From NCBI GenBank assembly GCA_002328165.1, contig DCWS01000016.1:3437-67436 (forward strand): a stretch of DNA of 64,000 nucleotides, read 5' to 3'. This DNA is from Desulfobacteraceae bacterium UBA2156 (GTDB taxonomy: Bacteria > Desulfobacterota > Desulfobacteria > Desulfobacterales > UBA2156). Position 1 is the stretch's first letter. Each line of letters opens with the position of its first letter. The position numbers and the translations under genes were made by a program. Shown here piece by piece: positions 24,709 to 35,250 of the stretch. Under the pieces are notes generated by a model. That model was not told where the DNA came from, ran no database searches, and saw only the letters and a program-made list of their open reading frames with translations.

Positions 24709-26352
24709 TTAATGAGCTCCTTTACTGGCCGGATTCAATTTTCCAGAAGACGATGCTTCTTCTGCTGAAAGTTTGTATTGAAAGCTGTCCGCGAGTGCTT
24801 GCCAGCTTGCTTCAATAATATCTTTTGAAACACCGATGGTATTCCAAACTTGATCTTGATCCCTTGATTGAATCAAAACACGAACTGTGGATGCGGTACC
24901 TTCGCGGCCATCCATTACCCTTACCTTAAAATCGACTAGGTGCATGGTATCAAGGTTAGGGAAAAACTTGTCCAGTGCTTTGCGAAGAGCGTTGTCCAAC
25001 GCGCTGACCGGTCCGTCCCCTTCCGCCGCTGTGATTTCATGCGTTCCATTGACAGAAATTTTGACTGTTGCGTGGGCCAAACAGGGTTGATCTTTATTTT
25101 TTTCGATTGTTATTCTAAAAGATTTAAGTTCAAATAGGGGTTTAAACTGATCGGTAAACTTTTCCAGGAAAATCCTGAGTGAACCGTCGGCTATATCAAA
25201 CTGATATCCTTCCTGCTCAAGCCGTTTTATCTCTGAAACGATTTTGCGGCTATCATACCCGTTTGTTCCAATTTTCAAACCGAGTTCCTTGGCCTTATAT
25301 TCCACATTGCTTTTGCCGGAAAGATCGGACACCAGAACCCGACGTGCATTTCCAACCTGTTCGGGATCTATATGTTCGTAAGCCCGGGGAACTTTCGTGA
25401 TCGCACTCACGTGAACGCCTCCCTTATGGGCAAAAGCGCTTTTTCCCACAAAGGGCCGGGAACTCAAAGGTATCATGTTGGCTGTTTCGCTTACAAACCG
25501 GGAGAGCTTTTTTAGTTTTGACAGATTTTTTTTGGCCATGCACGGGTATTTCATTTTTAAACAGAGAATCGGTATGATTGAAGTTAAATCGGCATTCCCG
25601 CTCCGGTCACCATATCCGTTGATGGTGCCCTGGACCATCACGGCGCCTGTCTGTACGGCGGCGATGGAATTTGAGACAGCTAGACCGCAGTCATTGTGGG
25701 TGTGAATTCCCATTTTAATCGAAGACCCATCAGTTTCCGATCGATCGGCTTTTCGTAAAATGCCACCCACCTCTTTTATGATAGGCTCGATTTCAAAGGT
25801 AAGGGTTCCCCCGTTTGTATCGCATAAAACAACAGCATCTGCCCCGCCGTCGGTTGCAGAGCGCAGGGTCTTCAGCGCATAATCCCTATTTGCTTTATAT
25901 CCGTCAAAAAAATGTTCTGCTTCAAAGACAACCTCGCGGTTATATTTTTTTAAAAATTCAACCGTATCACGGATCATCGCGAGATTTTCTTCGAGGGTAT
26001 TGTTCATGATCTGTTCCACATGCAGATCCCAGCTTTTTCCAAAGATGGCCACGACCGGGGTGTCAGCCTCTAAAAGCGCCTTTAGGTTGTAATCATCAGA
26101 AGGATCAATTCCCCGTTTTCGAGTTGAACCAAAGGCGGCCAAACGGGAATTTTTGAATTTAATATCTTTTGCAAGCTTGAAGAAACGATTGTCTCTGGGA
26201 CTGGAGCCGGGCCAACCCCCTTCAATATAATTGATTCCGAGATCATCAAATCTTTCTGCGATCTTGATCTTTTCTTCGGCGGTGAAGTTGATGTTTTCTC
26301 CCTGAGTTCCATCTCGAAGGGTGGTGTCGTAAAGTAAAATCGGTTCCATCAA
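24709..26352 (-). CDS. cimA: (R)-citramalate synthase (long LeuA-family form)
   Basis: 547 aa. LLYDTTLRDGTQGENINFTAEEK and HTHNDCGLAVSNS are typical of the CimA (TIGR00977-like) clade rather than LeuA. Adjacent to leuA and ilvC. Confidence 0.75.
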   Translation of the reverse strand: MMEPILLYDTTLRDGTQGENINFTAEEKIKIAERFDDLGINYIEGGWPGSSPRDNRFFKLAKDIKFKNSRLAAFGSTRKRGIDPSDDYNLKALLEADTPVVAIFGKSWDLHVEQIMNNTLEENLAMIRDTVEFLKKYNREVVFEAEHFFDGYKANRDYALKTLRSATDGGADAVVLCDTNGGTLTFEIEPIIKEVGGILRKADRSETDGSSIKMGIHTHNDCGLAVSNSIAAVQTGAVMVQGTINGYGDRSGNADLTSIIPILCLKMKYPCMAKKNLSKLKKLSRFVSETANMIPLSSRPFVGKSAFAHKGGVHVSAITKVPRAYEHIDPEQVGNARRVLVSDLSGKSNVEYKAKELGLKIGTNGYDSRKIVSEIKRLEQEGYQFDIADGSLRIFLEKFTDQFKPLFELKSFRITIEKNKDQPCLAHATVKISVNGTHEITAAEGDGPVSALDNALRKALDKFFPNLDTMHLVDFKVRVMDGREGTASTVRVLIQSRDQDQVWNTIGVSKDIIEASWQALADSFQYKLSAEEASSSGKLNPASKGAH

Positions 26353-26433
26353 ATTTTATCCCTCACTATTTCTGAAAATCACGGTTCCTTGAAGGGGAAA
26401 AATTCTTTTCCCGTTGGTCCCGGCGTCTGACGT

Positions 26434-27495
26434 TTATTTCCGATTTTCGGGCCTGAGTGCCCGAACGGATTCACCGGTTTTCCACATTTCAGAATTTTTC
26501 ATTTCGTCGAGTTCTTTTTGCAGCTTTTCGCGGTAATCCGGAGCGCTGTTGGCCTCAAGAATCCTTTTGGTTTCTTTTCCGGAGATGACACTTTCATACA
26601 GTTGATCAAAAAGCGGAAGGACGGCATCACGGAAACGGGGTGCCCAGTCCAGTGCTCCCCGCTGGGCGGTTGTGCTGCAGTTTCCAAACATCCAGTCCAT
26701 CCCGCTCTCGGCCACTAACCGGATAAGACTTTGGGTCAGTTCCTCAACGGTTTCATTAAAGGCTTCACTGGGGCTGTGGCCATTTTTGCGGAGGGTGGTA
26801 TACTGGGCCTCCATAACGCCGGAAAGACACCCTAACAAAACGCCCCGTTCCCCGGTCAGATCACTGTAAACTTCGTTTTCAAATGTTGTTCGGAACAGAT
26901 AGCCAGATCCGATCGCTATTCCTAGGGCGAGGGTCCTTTCCTTTGCCCTTCCGGTGTAATCCTGAAAAATGGCAAAACTGGAATTGATACCGCTGCCATC
27001 CAGAAAATTGGTGCGCACCGTGCGGCCCGACCCTTTCGGGGCCACAAGGATGACATCGATGTTTTTCGGCGGGATAATACCGGTCTGATCTTTGTATACT
27101 ATCGAAAAACCATGAGAGAAATAGAGTGCGTCACTCTCATTCAGAAAATTTTTTAGTGTCGGCCAAAGGGCAACCTGGCCTGCATCTGAAAGAAGAAATT
27201 GCACTACAGTCCCTTTTTCGGCTGCTTCTTCTAGAGGAAAAAGGGTTTTGTCCGGTACAAAGCCGTCTGCCACAGCCCGATCCCACGAGGCGGTTCCCTT
27301 ACGCTGTCCCACGATGACATTGATTCCATTATCCCTTAAATTCAAGGCCTGTCCCGGACCCTGAACGCCGTAGCCAAGTACTGCAACAATTTCATTCTTG
27401 AGCGACTCTCTTGCTTTTTCCAAGGTGATTTCCTCAGTAGTGATGACCTCTTCAAGAACACCGCCAAAATCAATTTTTGCCATGATATCCTCCAT
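26434..27495 (-). CDS. ilvC: ketol-acid reductoisomerase (class I)
   Basis: VAVLGYGVQGPGQALNLRDNGINVIVG Rossmann motif. The start could instead be ATG 27483 (MAKIDFGG). Confidence 0.9.
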   Translation of the reverse strand: MEDIMAKIDFGGVLEEVITTEEITLEKARESLKNEIVAVLGYGVQGPGQALNLRDNGINVIVGQRKGTASWDRAVADGFVPDKTLFPLEEAAEKGTVVQFLLSDAGQVALWPTLKNFLNESDALYFSHGFSIVYKDQTGIIPPKNIDVILVAPKGSGRTVRTNFLDGSGINSSFAIFQDYTGRAKERTLALGIAIGSGYLFRTTFENEVYSDLTGERGVLLGCLSGVMEAQYTTLRKNGHSPSEAFNETVEELTQSLIRLVAESGMDWMFGNCSTTAQRGALDWAPRFRDAVLPLFDQLYESVISGKETKRILEANSAPDYREKLQKELDEMKNSEMWKTGESVRALRPENRK

Positions 27496-27534
27496 TGGTT
27501 CTGTATTTGTGATTAATAGACCGCACTGAAAAAC

Positions 27535-28023
27535 CTACTTTGGCTCGCGAAGCTGGGCAATTACCCCAGTCCGGGCAATTTTTTTGATCCCTAGCGGTTT
27601 CAGAAGGTTCAATAGGGCGGACAATTTTCCCTCATCTCCGGTGACTTCAATGATGTAATGCTCTGGTCCAACATCGACGACTTTGCACCGAAAAATATCC
27701 ACAATGCTCAAGATTTCAGCCCGATTTTCCGTTTTAGCCTTGACACAGATCAGCGCCATTTCCCGTTTCACCGATTTTGGTCCGGTCAAATCCCTTAATT
27801 TTATGACATTGACAAGCTTGTTGAGTTGCTTTTCAATCTGCTCTACAATAGGTAAATTTGCCATTGTGACGATGGTGATACTTGAGGTATGCGGATCCAT
27901 GGTTTCTGCTACACAAAGACTTTCTATATTGAATCCCCTTCCGCTGAACAGACCTACGATCCTTGAAAGCACGCCGGGTTTGTTGTCAACAAGCATGGAA
28001 ATGACATGTTTTTCTTCATTCAT
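27535..28023 (-). CDS. ilvN: acetolactate synthase small (regulatory) subunit
   Basis: 162 aa. HVISMLVDNKPGVLSRIVGLFSGRGFNIESL ACT domain. Confidence 0.9.
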   Translation of the reverse strand: MNEEKHVISMLVDNKPGVLSRIVGLFSGRGFNIESLCVAETMDPHTSSITIVTMANLPIVEQIEKQLNKLVNVIKLRDLTGPKSVKREMALICVKAKTENRAEILSIVDIFRCKVVDVGPEHYIIEVTGDEGKLSALLNLLKPLGIKKIARTGVIAQLREPK

Positions 28024-28103
28024 AAAAAAATCCTTTTCTTAAAGTGATCGGTTTTGCATTTTTGGTTTCAATCCAATTTTGAAAACTCAACCGGACCTTT
28101 GGC

Positions 28104-29789
28104 TTAAACCAGCAACATTTCGGTGATGGCCGTCCCTGCAGGAACCATGGGATAAACGCTTTCCTCCCTTTCGATCCTGAAATCCATGATAACGGTATCG
28201 GTGGAGAAAAGCCCTTTTGAAAGCACGGATTCAACCTCGTCCGGTTTAGTTGCACGTAGTCCCACCGCACCATAGGCTTCCGCTAGTTTTACGAAATCGG
28301 GTGAATGATCCAAATTGGTGCAGGCATACTGCTTTTTATAAAAAAGCTCCTGCCATTGTCTCACCATGCCTAGATATCCGTTGTTCAGAATGACAATTTT
28401 TATCGGAAGACAGTATTGAACAGCCGTCGCCATCTCCTGGATGTTCATCTGAATGCTCCCGTCCCCTGCAATATCCACTACCAGCTTATCCGGGCAGGCA
28501 ATTTGGGCGCCAATAGCAGCCGGCAGGCCGAAACCCATGCAACCGAGACCGCCGGAGGTAATAAAATGTCCCGGACGATCAAAATGGTAATATTGAGCAG
28601 CCCACATCTGGTTTTGACCGACCTCAGTGGTTACGATGGCCTTTCCCTCTGTCAGATCATACAGCTTTTCCACGACATATTGCGGTTTGATGATATCTTT
28701 TTGATCGTATGCCAAGGGTTTGGTGTTTTTCCATAGGTCTATCTGGTCGGCCCACTTTTTCCTCTTTTTTATGATATCCCGCAGGTTTACCTCTTCGATC
28801 AACCGGTTGAGGTGTTTGAGCGAAATTTTGCAATCACCCACAACCGGAACTGTCACCGGTATATTTTTGCGTATTGAAGTCGGATCAATATCGATGTGAA
28901 CAATTTTTGACTGGGGGGCGAATGTATTGATCTTCCCGGTCACACGGTCGTCAAAACGAACCCCGACGGCAAGGATGAGATCACAGTCGCCGGTCGACAT
29001 GTTTGCCCGGTATGTTCCGTGCATCCCGATCATACCGAGCCACAAGGGGTCTGTCCCCGGGAATGCCCCCAAGCCCATCAGAGAGGTTGTCACCGGGATC
29101 TTTGTTTTCTTCGCCAGTTTTTTAAGCTCTGCGGATGCACCGGAGAGGATCACTCCACCGCCGGCAAAAAGGATCGGTTTTTTAGCTGTTTTGATCAACT
29201 CGACCACTTTATGCAACTGTTTCATGTTCGGTTTATAGGTTGGATTGTACGATTTGAGCTTTGCCTCCCTGGGTGCATTGTATGTAATTGTTTTGTTTCC
29301 CACATCTTTGGGCAGGTCAATCAGCACAGGTCCCGGTCGCCCGGATTTGGCAATGTAAAAGGCCTCCTTGACGGTTTCTGCCAGGTCCTCGGTATACTTC
29401 ACCAGATAGTTGTGTTTTGTGCAGGGCCTGGTTATGCCGACAATATCCACTTCTTGAAATGCGTCATTGCCGATCAGAGGCGTTGGAACCTGACCGGTGA
29501 TGACGACTACCGGTATGGAATCCATATAGGCCGATGCAATTCCGGTAACCGTATTGGTTGCGCCGGGTCCTGAGGTCACCAAACAAACACCCACTTTCCC
29601 GCTGGCCCTTGCATATGCATCAGCTGCATGGATAGCACCCTGCTCATGACGGACCAGGATGTGCCGTATATCTGTTCGAATAAGGTCGTCATAGAGATCC
29701 AACACGACGCCACCTGGATATCCGAAGATCGTATCAACACCTTCTGATTTGAGTGTTTTCAACAGGATTTCCGTACCTTTCAATTTCAT
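28104..29789 (-). CDS. ilvB: acetolactate synthase large subunit
   Basis: 561 aa. GYPGGVVLDLYD, TSGPGATN, and the ThDP motif GDGSIQMNIQE...NNGYLGMV. Confidence 0.92.
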   Translation of the reverse strand: MKLKGTEILLKTLKSEGVDTIFGYPGGVVLDLYDDLIRTDIRHILVRHEQGAIHAADAYARASGKVGVCLVTSGPGATNTVTGIASAYMDSIPVVVITGQVPTPLIGNDAFQEVDIVGITRPCTKHNYLVKYTEDLAETVKEAFYIAKSGRPGPVLIDLPKDVGNKTITYNAPREAKLKSYNPTYKPNMKQLHKVVELIKTAKKPILFAGGGVILSGASAELKKLAKKTKIPVTTSLMGLGAFPGTDPLWLGMIGMHGTYRANMSTGDCDLILAVGVRFDDRVTGKINTFAPQSKIVHIDIDPTSIRKNIPVTVPVVGDCKISLKHLNRLIEEVNLRDIIKKRKKWADQIDLWKNTKPLAYDQKDIIKPQYVVEKLYDLTEGKAIVTTEVGQNQMWAAQYYHFDRPGHFITSGGLGCMGFGLPAAIGAQIACPDKLVVDIAGDGSIQMNIQEMATAVQYCLPIKIVILNNGYLGMVRQWQELFYKKQYACTNLDHSPDFVKLAEAYGAVGLRATKPDEVESVLSKGLFSTDTVIMDFRIEREESVYPMVPAGTAITEMLLV

Positions 29790-29810
29790 AATACCTCTTC
29801 CTTAATTAAA

Positions 29811-31481
29811 TTATTTTACGATAGCGCCTTCGCTGGAGGAAGATACCATGCGTGCATATCTTGCCATATAACCGGAGGCAATCTTGGGTTTTGGGGGGGA
29901 CCACCTGGATAGTCGATCCCTGATCTCTTTTTCTGAAAGCTGGAGGGTAATTTTTTTTACCGGAATATCGATGGATATGAAATCTCCATCTTCTACAATC
30001 GCAATCGGTCCGCCCTGCATCGCCTCTGGTGAAATATGTCCGATACACGCACCACGGGTGCCGCCTGAGAAACGACCGTCTGTTAAGAGTGCAACGTCAC
30101 CGTCGAGCTCCATCCCGGCGATTGCAGAAGTTGGGGTTAACATTTCGCGCATTCCCGGACCCCCCATCGGCCCTTCATACCGAATGACAATAATATCTCC
30201 TTTTGTGATCTGACCTTCTTTGATAGCGGCGCTTGCACCTTCCTCTGAATCAAAAACTCTGGCAGGCCCCTGGTGGCGTAGCATTTCGGTCTTAACCGCC
30301 GATTGCTTCACCACACAACCCTCTGGTGCAATATTCCCGAACATCACCGCTAGTCCTCCCTGTTCATGATAAGGATGATCCAGCGGGCGAATGACGGCAT
30401 TGTCGCGTATAGAGACATCTTGGTGGTTTTCACCAACTGTTTTACCGGTCACGGTGAGGGCATCCTCATTTATCAGATTGCCATTGGAAAGAACCTTGAT
30501 CACCGCGCTGACTCCTCCGGCTTGATCGAGATCTTCCATATGATGGTGGCCGCCCGGGCTGAGGGAGCAGAGATGGGGTGTAGCTTCACTGATTTCATTG
30601 ATCAAGTTAAGGTCAATGTTGATCTGTGCTTCTTTTGCAATTGCCGTGAGATGGAGGACAGTGTTGGTGGAACATCCTAGGGCCATATCGACTGTCAACG
30701 CGTTTCGAAACGCTTTTTCCGTCATGATCTGTCTTGGTGTAATCTGTTTTTCCATCAATCGAACAATTTGTAATCCGGCTTCCTTGGCCAGGCGGATGCG
30801 AGCGGCCATGACCGCAGGGATCGTCCCATTGCCGGGTAGACCCATACCGACGGCTTCGGTTAGGCAATTCATGGAGTTGGCGGTAAACATGCCGGCGCAG
30901 GACCCGCAGGTTGGGCATGCCGCTTCCTCTATCAGCGCCTGCTCTTCCCGGGTCATCTTGCCAGAGAGTACGGCGCCCACAGATTCAAAGACAGTGATTA
31001 GATCTATCTTTTTTTCGTCGTCCTTTCCATGATATTTCCCGGCGAGCATCGGCCCGCCGCTGATGATGATGGCGGGAAGATCGAGGCGAGCGGCGGCCAT
31101 CATCATACCGGGTACAATTTTATCGCAATTCGGAACCATGACCATGGCATCAAATGCATGGGCCGTAGCCATTACTTCGATCGAGTCCGCTATCAGTTCG
31201 CGGCTGCCCAAAGAGAAGTTCATGCCGATATGATTCATGGCAATTCCATCACAGACCCCGATGGTTCCAAATTCGATAGGGGTTCCGCCGGCCATGTAGA
31301 TGCCAGCTTTTACAGCCTCAACAATTTTGTCCAGATGGATATGGCCGGGAGCAACGGCATTGGCTGAATTGGCTATGCCGATAAGCGGTCTTTTTAATTC
31401 TGCATCCGTATACCCCATGGCCTTTAAGAGGCTGCGGTGGGGTGCTCTTTCAATACCGACTTTGATTCGGTTGCTTCTCAC
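29811..31481 (-). CDS. ilvD: dihydroxy-acid dehydratase
   Basis: 556 aa. [46 protein letters not shown]. Confidence 0.92.
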   Translation of the reverse strand: MRSNRIKVGIERAPHRSLLKAMGYTDAELKRPLIGIANSANAVAPGHIHLDKIVEAVKAGIYMAGGTPIEFGTIGVCDGIAMNHIGMNFSLGSRELIADSIEVMATAHAFDAMVMVPNCDKIVPGMMMAAARLDLPAIIISGGPMLAGKYHGKDDEKKIDLITVFESVGAVLSGKMTREEQALIEEAACPTCGSCAGMFTANSMNCLTEAVGMGLPGNGTIPAVMAARIRLAKEAGLQIVRLMEKQITPRQIMTEKAFRNALTVDMALGCSTNTVLHLTAIAKEAQINIDLNLINEISEATPHLCSLSPGGHHHMEDLDQAGGVSAVIKVLSNGNLINEDALTVTGKTVGENHQDVSIRDNAVIRPLDHPYHEQGGLAVMFGNIAPEGCVVKQSAVKTEMLRHQGPARVFDSEEGASAAIKEGQITKGDIIVIRYEGPMGGPGMREMLTPTSAIAGMELDGDVALLTDGRFSGGTRGACIGHISPEAMQGGPIAIVEDGDFISIDIPVKKITLQLSEKEIRDRLSRWSPPKPKIASGYMARYARMVSSSSEGAIVK

Positions 31482-31515
31482 TTTTATTATCTCCTTAAAG
31501 GGTCTGTTTTTTTCT

Positions 31516-31559
31516 AAAAAAAAACCGTTATCAGGATTGGGGTTGATAACGGTTTTTTT
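31516..31559 (-). terminator. attenuator terminator of the ilv leader (also usable bidirectionally)
   Basis: ACCGTTATCA (31524-31533) pairs with TGATAACGGT (31544-31553), with a 10-nt loop. It is flanked by A9 (31516-31524, read as U9 on the minus strand) and a T run (31553-31559). Confidence 0.7.
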
Positions 31560-31587
31560 ATTTTATGTTTATCTGCTTACGCCATCA

Positions 31588-31677
31588 TCAACCCCTATCC
31601 TCGCAGCAGAGAAGGATACTTACCTCGAGGAGGATAGTAATGCCAATAAGGTTGTTAATAGTGATATTGTTATTCAT
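31588..31677 (-). CDS. ilv operon leader peptide (Ile/Leu/Val-rich)
   Basis: 29 codons: MNNNITINNLIGITILLEVSILLCCEDRG, of which 12 are I/L/V. It lies between a promoter-like site and the terminator, 106 nt upstream of ilvD. No clear SD. Confidence 0.6.
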   Translation of the reverse strand: MNNNITINNLIGITILLEVSILLCCEDRG

Positions 31678-31716
31678 AACGGTTCAAGAAAATACAAATT
31701 AATTTTTATCCTTAAT

Positions 31717-31746
31717 TATATAACAAACAGCTAAATCGATTGTCAA
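31717..31746 (-). promoter_or_regulatory. candidate sigma70-type promoter of the ilv leader/operon
   Basis: On the minus strand: TTGACA (31746-31741), 18-nt spacer, TATATA (31722-31717). Located between the topA stop and the leader peptide. Confidence 0.45.
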
Positions 31747-31775
31747 GCTTTTTTTATGATTTTTTATAATTCCCG

Positions 31776-34055
31776 TCACTCATCGGCATTTTTTTCTTTG
31801 TAAGCACAATCCGGTGTCACGCACGACAGATACGTGCCTTTTTTTTTGGTGGTTTTTTCCACCAGAAAATTTGCACCGCAGTCTGGACATTCTTTTGGAA
31901 TCGGCTTATTCCATAGAGCAAAAGTGCATTTTGGAAACCGATTGCAACTGTAAAAGCTTTTACCCCGTTTTGAAAATTTTTTGATCAGTTGTCCGCCACA
32001 ATTTTTTTCAGGGCAGGGGACATCCGTTTCCTGGTCCGCCTGTTTTGAATTGACAGAGCGTGTGTTTTTACAATCTGGATAGCCGCTACACGCAAGAAAT
32101 GGGCCGAATCTTCCCTGTTTCAACACCATCGGCTTGCCGCATTTTTCACAGGTCTCATCTGATATCTTATCTTCAGCCGGTTCAACAGGATGAATTTCCC
32201 CTTTTTCATCCCGGGTGTAGTTGCTGCTAAAGGTGCATTCGGGGTATCTGCTGCAAGCGAGGAAATGGCCGTTTTTGCCAACCTTGATATGGAGTCCTTC
32301 ATTGCACTTGGGGCAGGTAAGACCGGTGGGCAACCCGACGCCCTTTAGACTGATCATTCCTTTTGATGCGGTTTTGAGGTCTGTTTCGAAATTGCTATAA
32401 AAATGGGTCAGAATTTCAAGTGATTCGATCTCTGCGGTTTCTATGCGATCGAGGTTGTCCTCCATTTTTGCGGTAAAATCGACGTCAAACAGATTTGGGA
32501 AGCTGACCACGATGAGGTCGTTTACGATGAAACCAAGTTCGGTGGGCCTGAAATATCCTTTGAAAAAATCGACATATTTTTTTTCCCTGATCGTAGAGAG
32601 GATTGCAGCATAGGTACTTGGTCGGCCGATGCCGTTCTCTTCAAGTTCCTTGACAAGAGACGCTTCTGAAAATCGGGGGGGCGGAAGAGTAAAATGCTGT
32701 TTGGGTTCAAGTTTGTTGAGGTTCAGAACCATACCTTCAGAAAGTTCGGGAAGGTTCTCTTTATTTTTTTGGGTTTCAATTTCATCGGTAGCAGACATAT
32801 ATACGGCCATGAAGCCGGGAAACTGAATAGATGATCCACTCACGTTGAATAAATATGAACCGGCCTGAATCGAAATCGATTCCTTGTTTATCAATGCCGG
32901 TTTCATCTGGCACGCAATGAATCGTTTCCAGATCAACTGATATAAAGCGAACTGGTCCTTTGAAAGATGGGGCTCAATCTTTTTTGGGGTATTGAAGACC
33001 GAGGTTGGACGGATCGCTTCATGGGCATCCTGAGCTTTTTTTCGATTTTTGAAAAATCTGGGCGTTTCTATCGTATACTGTTCACCAAATTGTTCGTGGA
33101 TAACTACCAGGGCTTCTTCAGCCGCTTCTTTCGCAATTCGGGTTGAGTCGGTGCGCATATAGGTAATGAGCCCAAGAGGTTCACCGGGCCCTAGGTCGAT
33201 TCCCTCGTAAAGCTGCTGGGCCACGACCATGGTCTTTTTGGCAGAGAACCTGAGTTTCCGAATGGCTTCCTGCTGGAGTTTGCTGGTGATGAAAGGGGGG
33301 AGAGGGTTTTTTTTGGTAGTTTTCTTTAAAACTTTTTTGACTAAAAACTTTTCGTCGGACAGCGCATTCAAGATGGTGGAGGCGGCTTTTTCATCGGGGA
33401 TTTTGATCTTCTCACTTTCTTTTTTTACCAGTTTTGCCGTGAAAGGAGGAGGAGAACCACTTTCAAGGTGAGCGGTTATTGACCAGTATTCCTCTGGTTC
33501 AAAGGCTTGTATGGCCCGCTCTCTTTCGCAAATGATCCTGACAGCGACCGATTGAACGCGCCCGGCACTGAGACCGCTTTTTACTTTGCGCCATAGCAAT
33601 GGCGAAATTTCATATCCAACAAGCCGGTCGAGAATTCGCCGTGTCTGCTGGGCTTCGTACCGGTTTCGATTGAGATTTTCAGGAGATGCGATCGCGTTTT
33701 GAATGCCCTCTTTTGTCAATTCATGAAAAAGAACCCTGTAAAACTGTCGCCCTTTTTTTTTAAGCAGCTCTGCCGTGTGCCATGCGATCGCTTCGCCTTC
33801 GCGGTCCGGGTCCGGCGCAAGATAGATATCGGTGGCATCGCCCGCCGCCTTCTTTAATGAAGTAATGATCTTCTGCTTGCCGGGAATGGTTTTGTATTTA
33901 GGTTTAAATCCTTCCTCGATATCAATTCCCATCTCTTTTTTGGGAAGATCTTTTATGTGTCCAACGGTTGCAACGATATGATAGTCTTGTCCCAGGAACT
34001 TTCTAATCGTTTTCACTTTTGTGGGAGATTCAACGACAACCAGGAATTTGCTCAA
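31776..34055 (-). CDS. topA: DNA topoisomerase I
   Basis: 759 aa. N-terminal Toprim LVVVESPTKVKTIRKFLG. Several C-terminal C4 zinc ribbons (CPKCNEG...C..C, CEKCGKP..., CPEKNCGG..., CPDCGAN...). Confidence 0.92.
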   Translation of the reverse strand: MSKFLVVVESPTKVKTIRKFLGQDYHIVATVGHIKDLPKKEMGIDIEEGFKPKYKTIPGKQKIITSLKKAAGDATDIYLAPDPDREGEAIAWHTAELLKKKGRQFYRVLFHELTKEGIQNAIASPENLNRNRYEAQQTRRILDRLVGYEISPLLWRKVKSGLSAGRVQSVAVRIICERERAIQAFEPEEYWSITAHLESGSPPPFTAKLVKKESEKIKIPDEKAASTILNALSDEKFLVKKVLKKTTKKNPLPPFITSKLQQEAIRKLRFSAKKTMVVAQQLYEGIDLGPGEPLGLITYMRTDSTRIAKEAAEEALVVIHEQFGEQYTIETPRFFKNRKKAQDAHEAIRPTSVFNTPKKIEPHLSKDQFALYQLIWKRFIACQMKPALINKESISIQAGSYLFNVSGSSIQFPGFMAVYMSATDEIETQKNKENLPELSEGMVLNLNKLEPKQHFTLPPPRFSEASLVKELEENGIGRPSTYAAILSTIREKKYVDFFKGYFRPTELGFIVNDLIVVSFPNLFDVDFTAKMEDNLDRIETAEIESLEILTHFYSNFETDLKTASKGMISLKGVGLPTGLTCPKCNEGLHIKVGKNGHFLACSRYPECTFSSNYTRDEKGEIHPVEPAEDKISDETCEKCGKPMVLKQGRFGPFLACSGYPDCKNTRSVNSKQADQETDVPCPEKNCGGQLIKKFSKRGKSFYSCNRFPKCTFALWNKPIPKECPDCGANFLVEKTTKKKGTYLSCVTPDCAYKEKNADE

Positions 34056-34134
34056 TGTCTGTCCTCACTCATCCATTTTGGGTTACTGGTTTCAAGTCGT
34101 TTAAAATATCTGTTCCGCTACATGGCATCTGATT

Positions 34135-35250
34135 TTAAAATGAACCCTCGCGCCGACTAAAAAGTTTACCAGGGGCCTGTTGAACGATGCCCTGAAGCTC
34201 CAGTTTGAGGAGTATACTGGAAAGCTTACCGGGTTCGATTTCAATTTTCCGAACAAGGTTGTCGATGTGAATAGGGTAGGGTCCAAGAGTTTTAAAAACA
34301 AATGCTTCATCCAAAGACAGCCGTTGGGTGCTTTCAACCGGTTCTTCTGGATTTGTATTGCGTTTCCCTCCTTGCGGACTCAACAAAACCGGAAGTTCGT
34401 CAAAAATATCCTGAACATGTTCGACCAGTTTAGCACCTTGTTTGATCAGATTATGGGTGCCCGAACTCTTGAACGAATGGATACTACCCGGTACAGCAAA
34501 GACTTCCCTATTCTGTTCTGCCGCCAAACGTGCTGTAATGAGAGAACCACTTTTTCGGGTGGCTTCCACGATAACAGTCCCCAAAGAGATGCCGCTGATG
34601 ATGCGGTTTCTTGCAGGAAAGTGATATGCGTCCGGTTCTGCCAAAAGGGAAAATTCAGAGATTACGGCCCCACTGTCAGCAATTTGGTGGAAAAGATTCA
34701 GGTTTTCTGATGGATACACCCGTTCAAGACCGCTGCCGAGCACAGCGATGGTTTTCCCTTTGCCCGCTAGTGCACCCTGATGTGCAGCCGTATCGATCCC
34801 TAGGGCCATCCCGCTGACGATGGTGATTTCCCGGGAAGCCAGGCCAGTACATAACCGTTGTGTCGTGGAGATGCCGTAGGCGGTCGCATTTCTCGAACCC
34901 ACAACTGAAATGTTTCGGGTATCGGTTTCAAGACTGCCATAAACATACAGATAAGGCGGGGGATCTGGTATTTGAAGTAGAAGATCCGGGTAATCCGGGT
35001 CAGTAAGTGTGACAATTTTATAGTTTTTCCGTGAAACAAGATCGATTTCCCTTTTGATCTGATCCGATATTTTTTGATGTTGAATCGCAGACACCAGCCC
35101 TTGCGACATGCCCTCTACCAGGAGAAGGTCGTGCGAAGATGCGCTAAAAATGGCATCTGGCGATTGAAAACGGTCCAAAAGCCGCTTGCTCAATAGGTTC
35201 CCGACCCCAGGGACGTTTTTCAGGGCGAACCAGGGTAGAAGGAATTCCAT
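34135..35250 (-). CDS. dprA: DNA-processing protein DprA (Smf)
   Basis: 371 aa. VVGSRNATAYG, IVSGMALGIDTAAHQGAL, ARNRIISG. Confidence 0.88.
   Translation of the reverse strand: MEFLLPWFALKNVPGVGNLLSKRLLDRFQSPDAIFSASSHDLLLVEGMSQGLVSAIQHQKISDQIKREIDLVSRKNYKIVTLTDPDYPDLLLQIPDPPPYLYVYGSLETDTRNISVVGSRNATAYGISTTQRLCTGLASREITIVSGMALGIDTAAHQGALAGKGKTIAVLGSGLERVYPSENLNLFHQIADSGAVISEFSLLAEPDAYHFPARNRIISGISLGTVIVEATRKSGSLITARLAAEQNREVFAVPGSIHSFKSSGTHNLIKQGAKLVEHVQDIFDELPVLLSPQGGKRNTNPEEPVESTQRLSLDEAFVFKTLGPYPIHIDNLVRKIEIEPGKLSSILLKLELQGIVQQAPGKLFSRREGSF

Noticed and set aside
23933-24768. Long plus-strand ORFs (192, 166, 110 aa) opposite leuA and cimA. Similar antisense ORFs occur inside ilvB (29019-29573), ilvD (30598-31032), the ABC permease (52193-52687), the OFOR genes (57300-57839, 57551-57991, 57979-58437) and elsewhere.
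   Set aside because: These are shadow ORFs on the strand opposite well-supported conserved genes. They lack SDs and have biased, low-complexity or Cys/Arg-rich composition typical of antisense frames.
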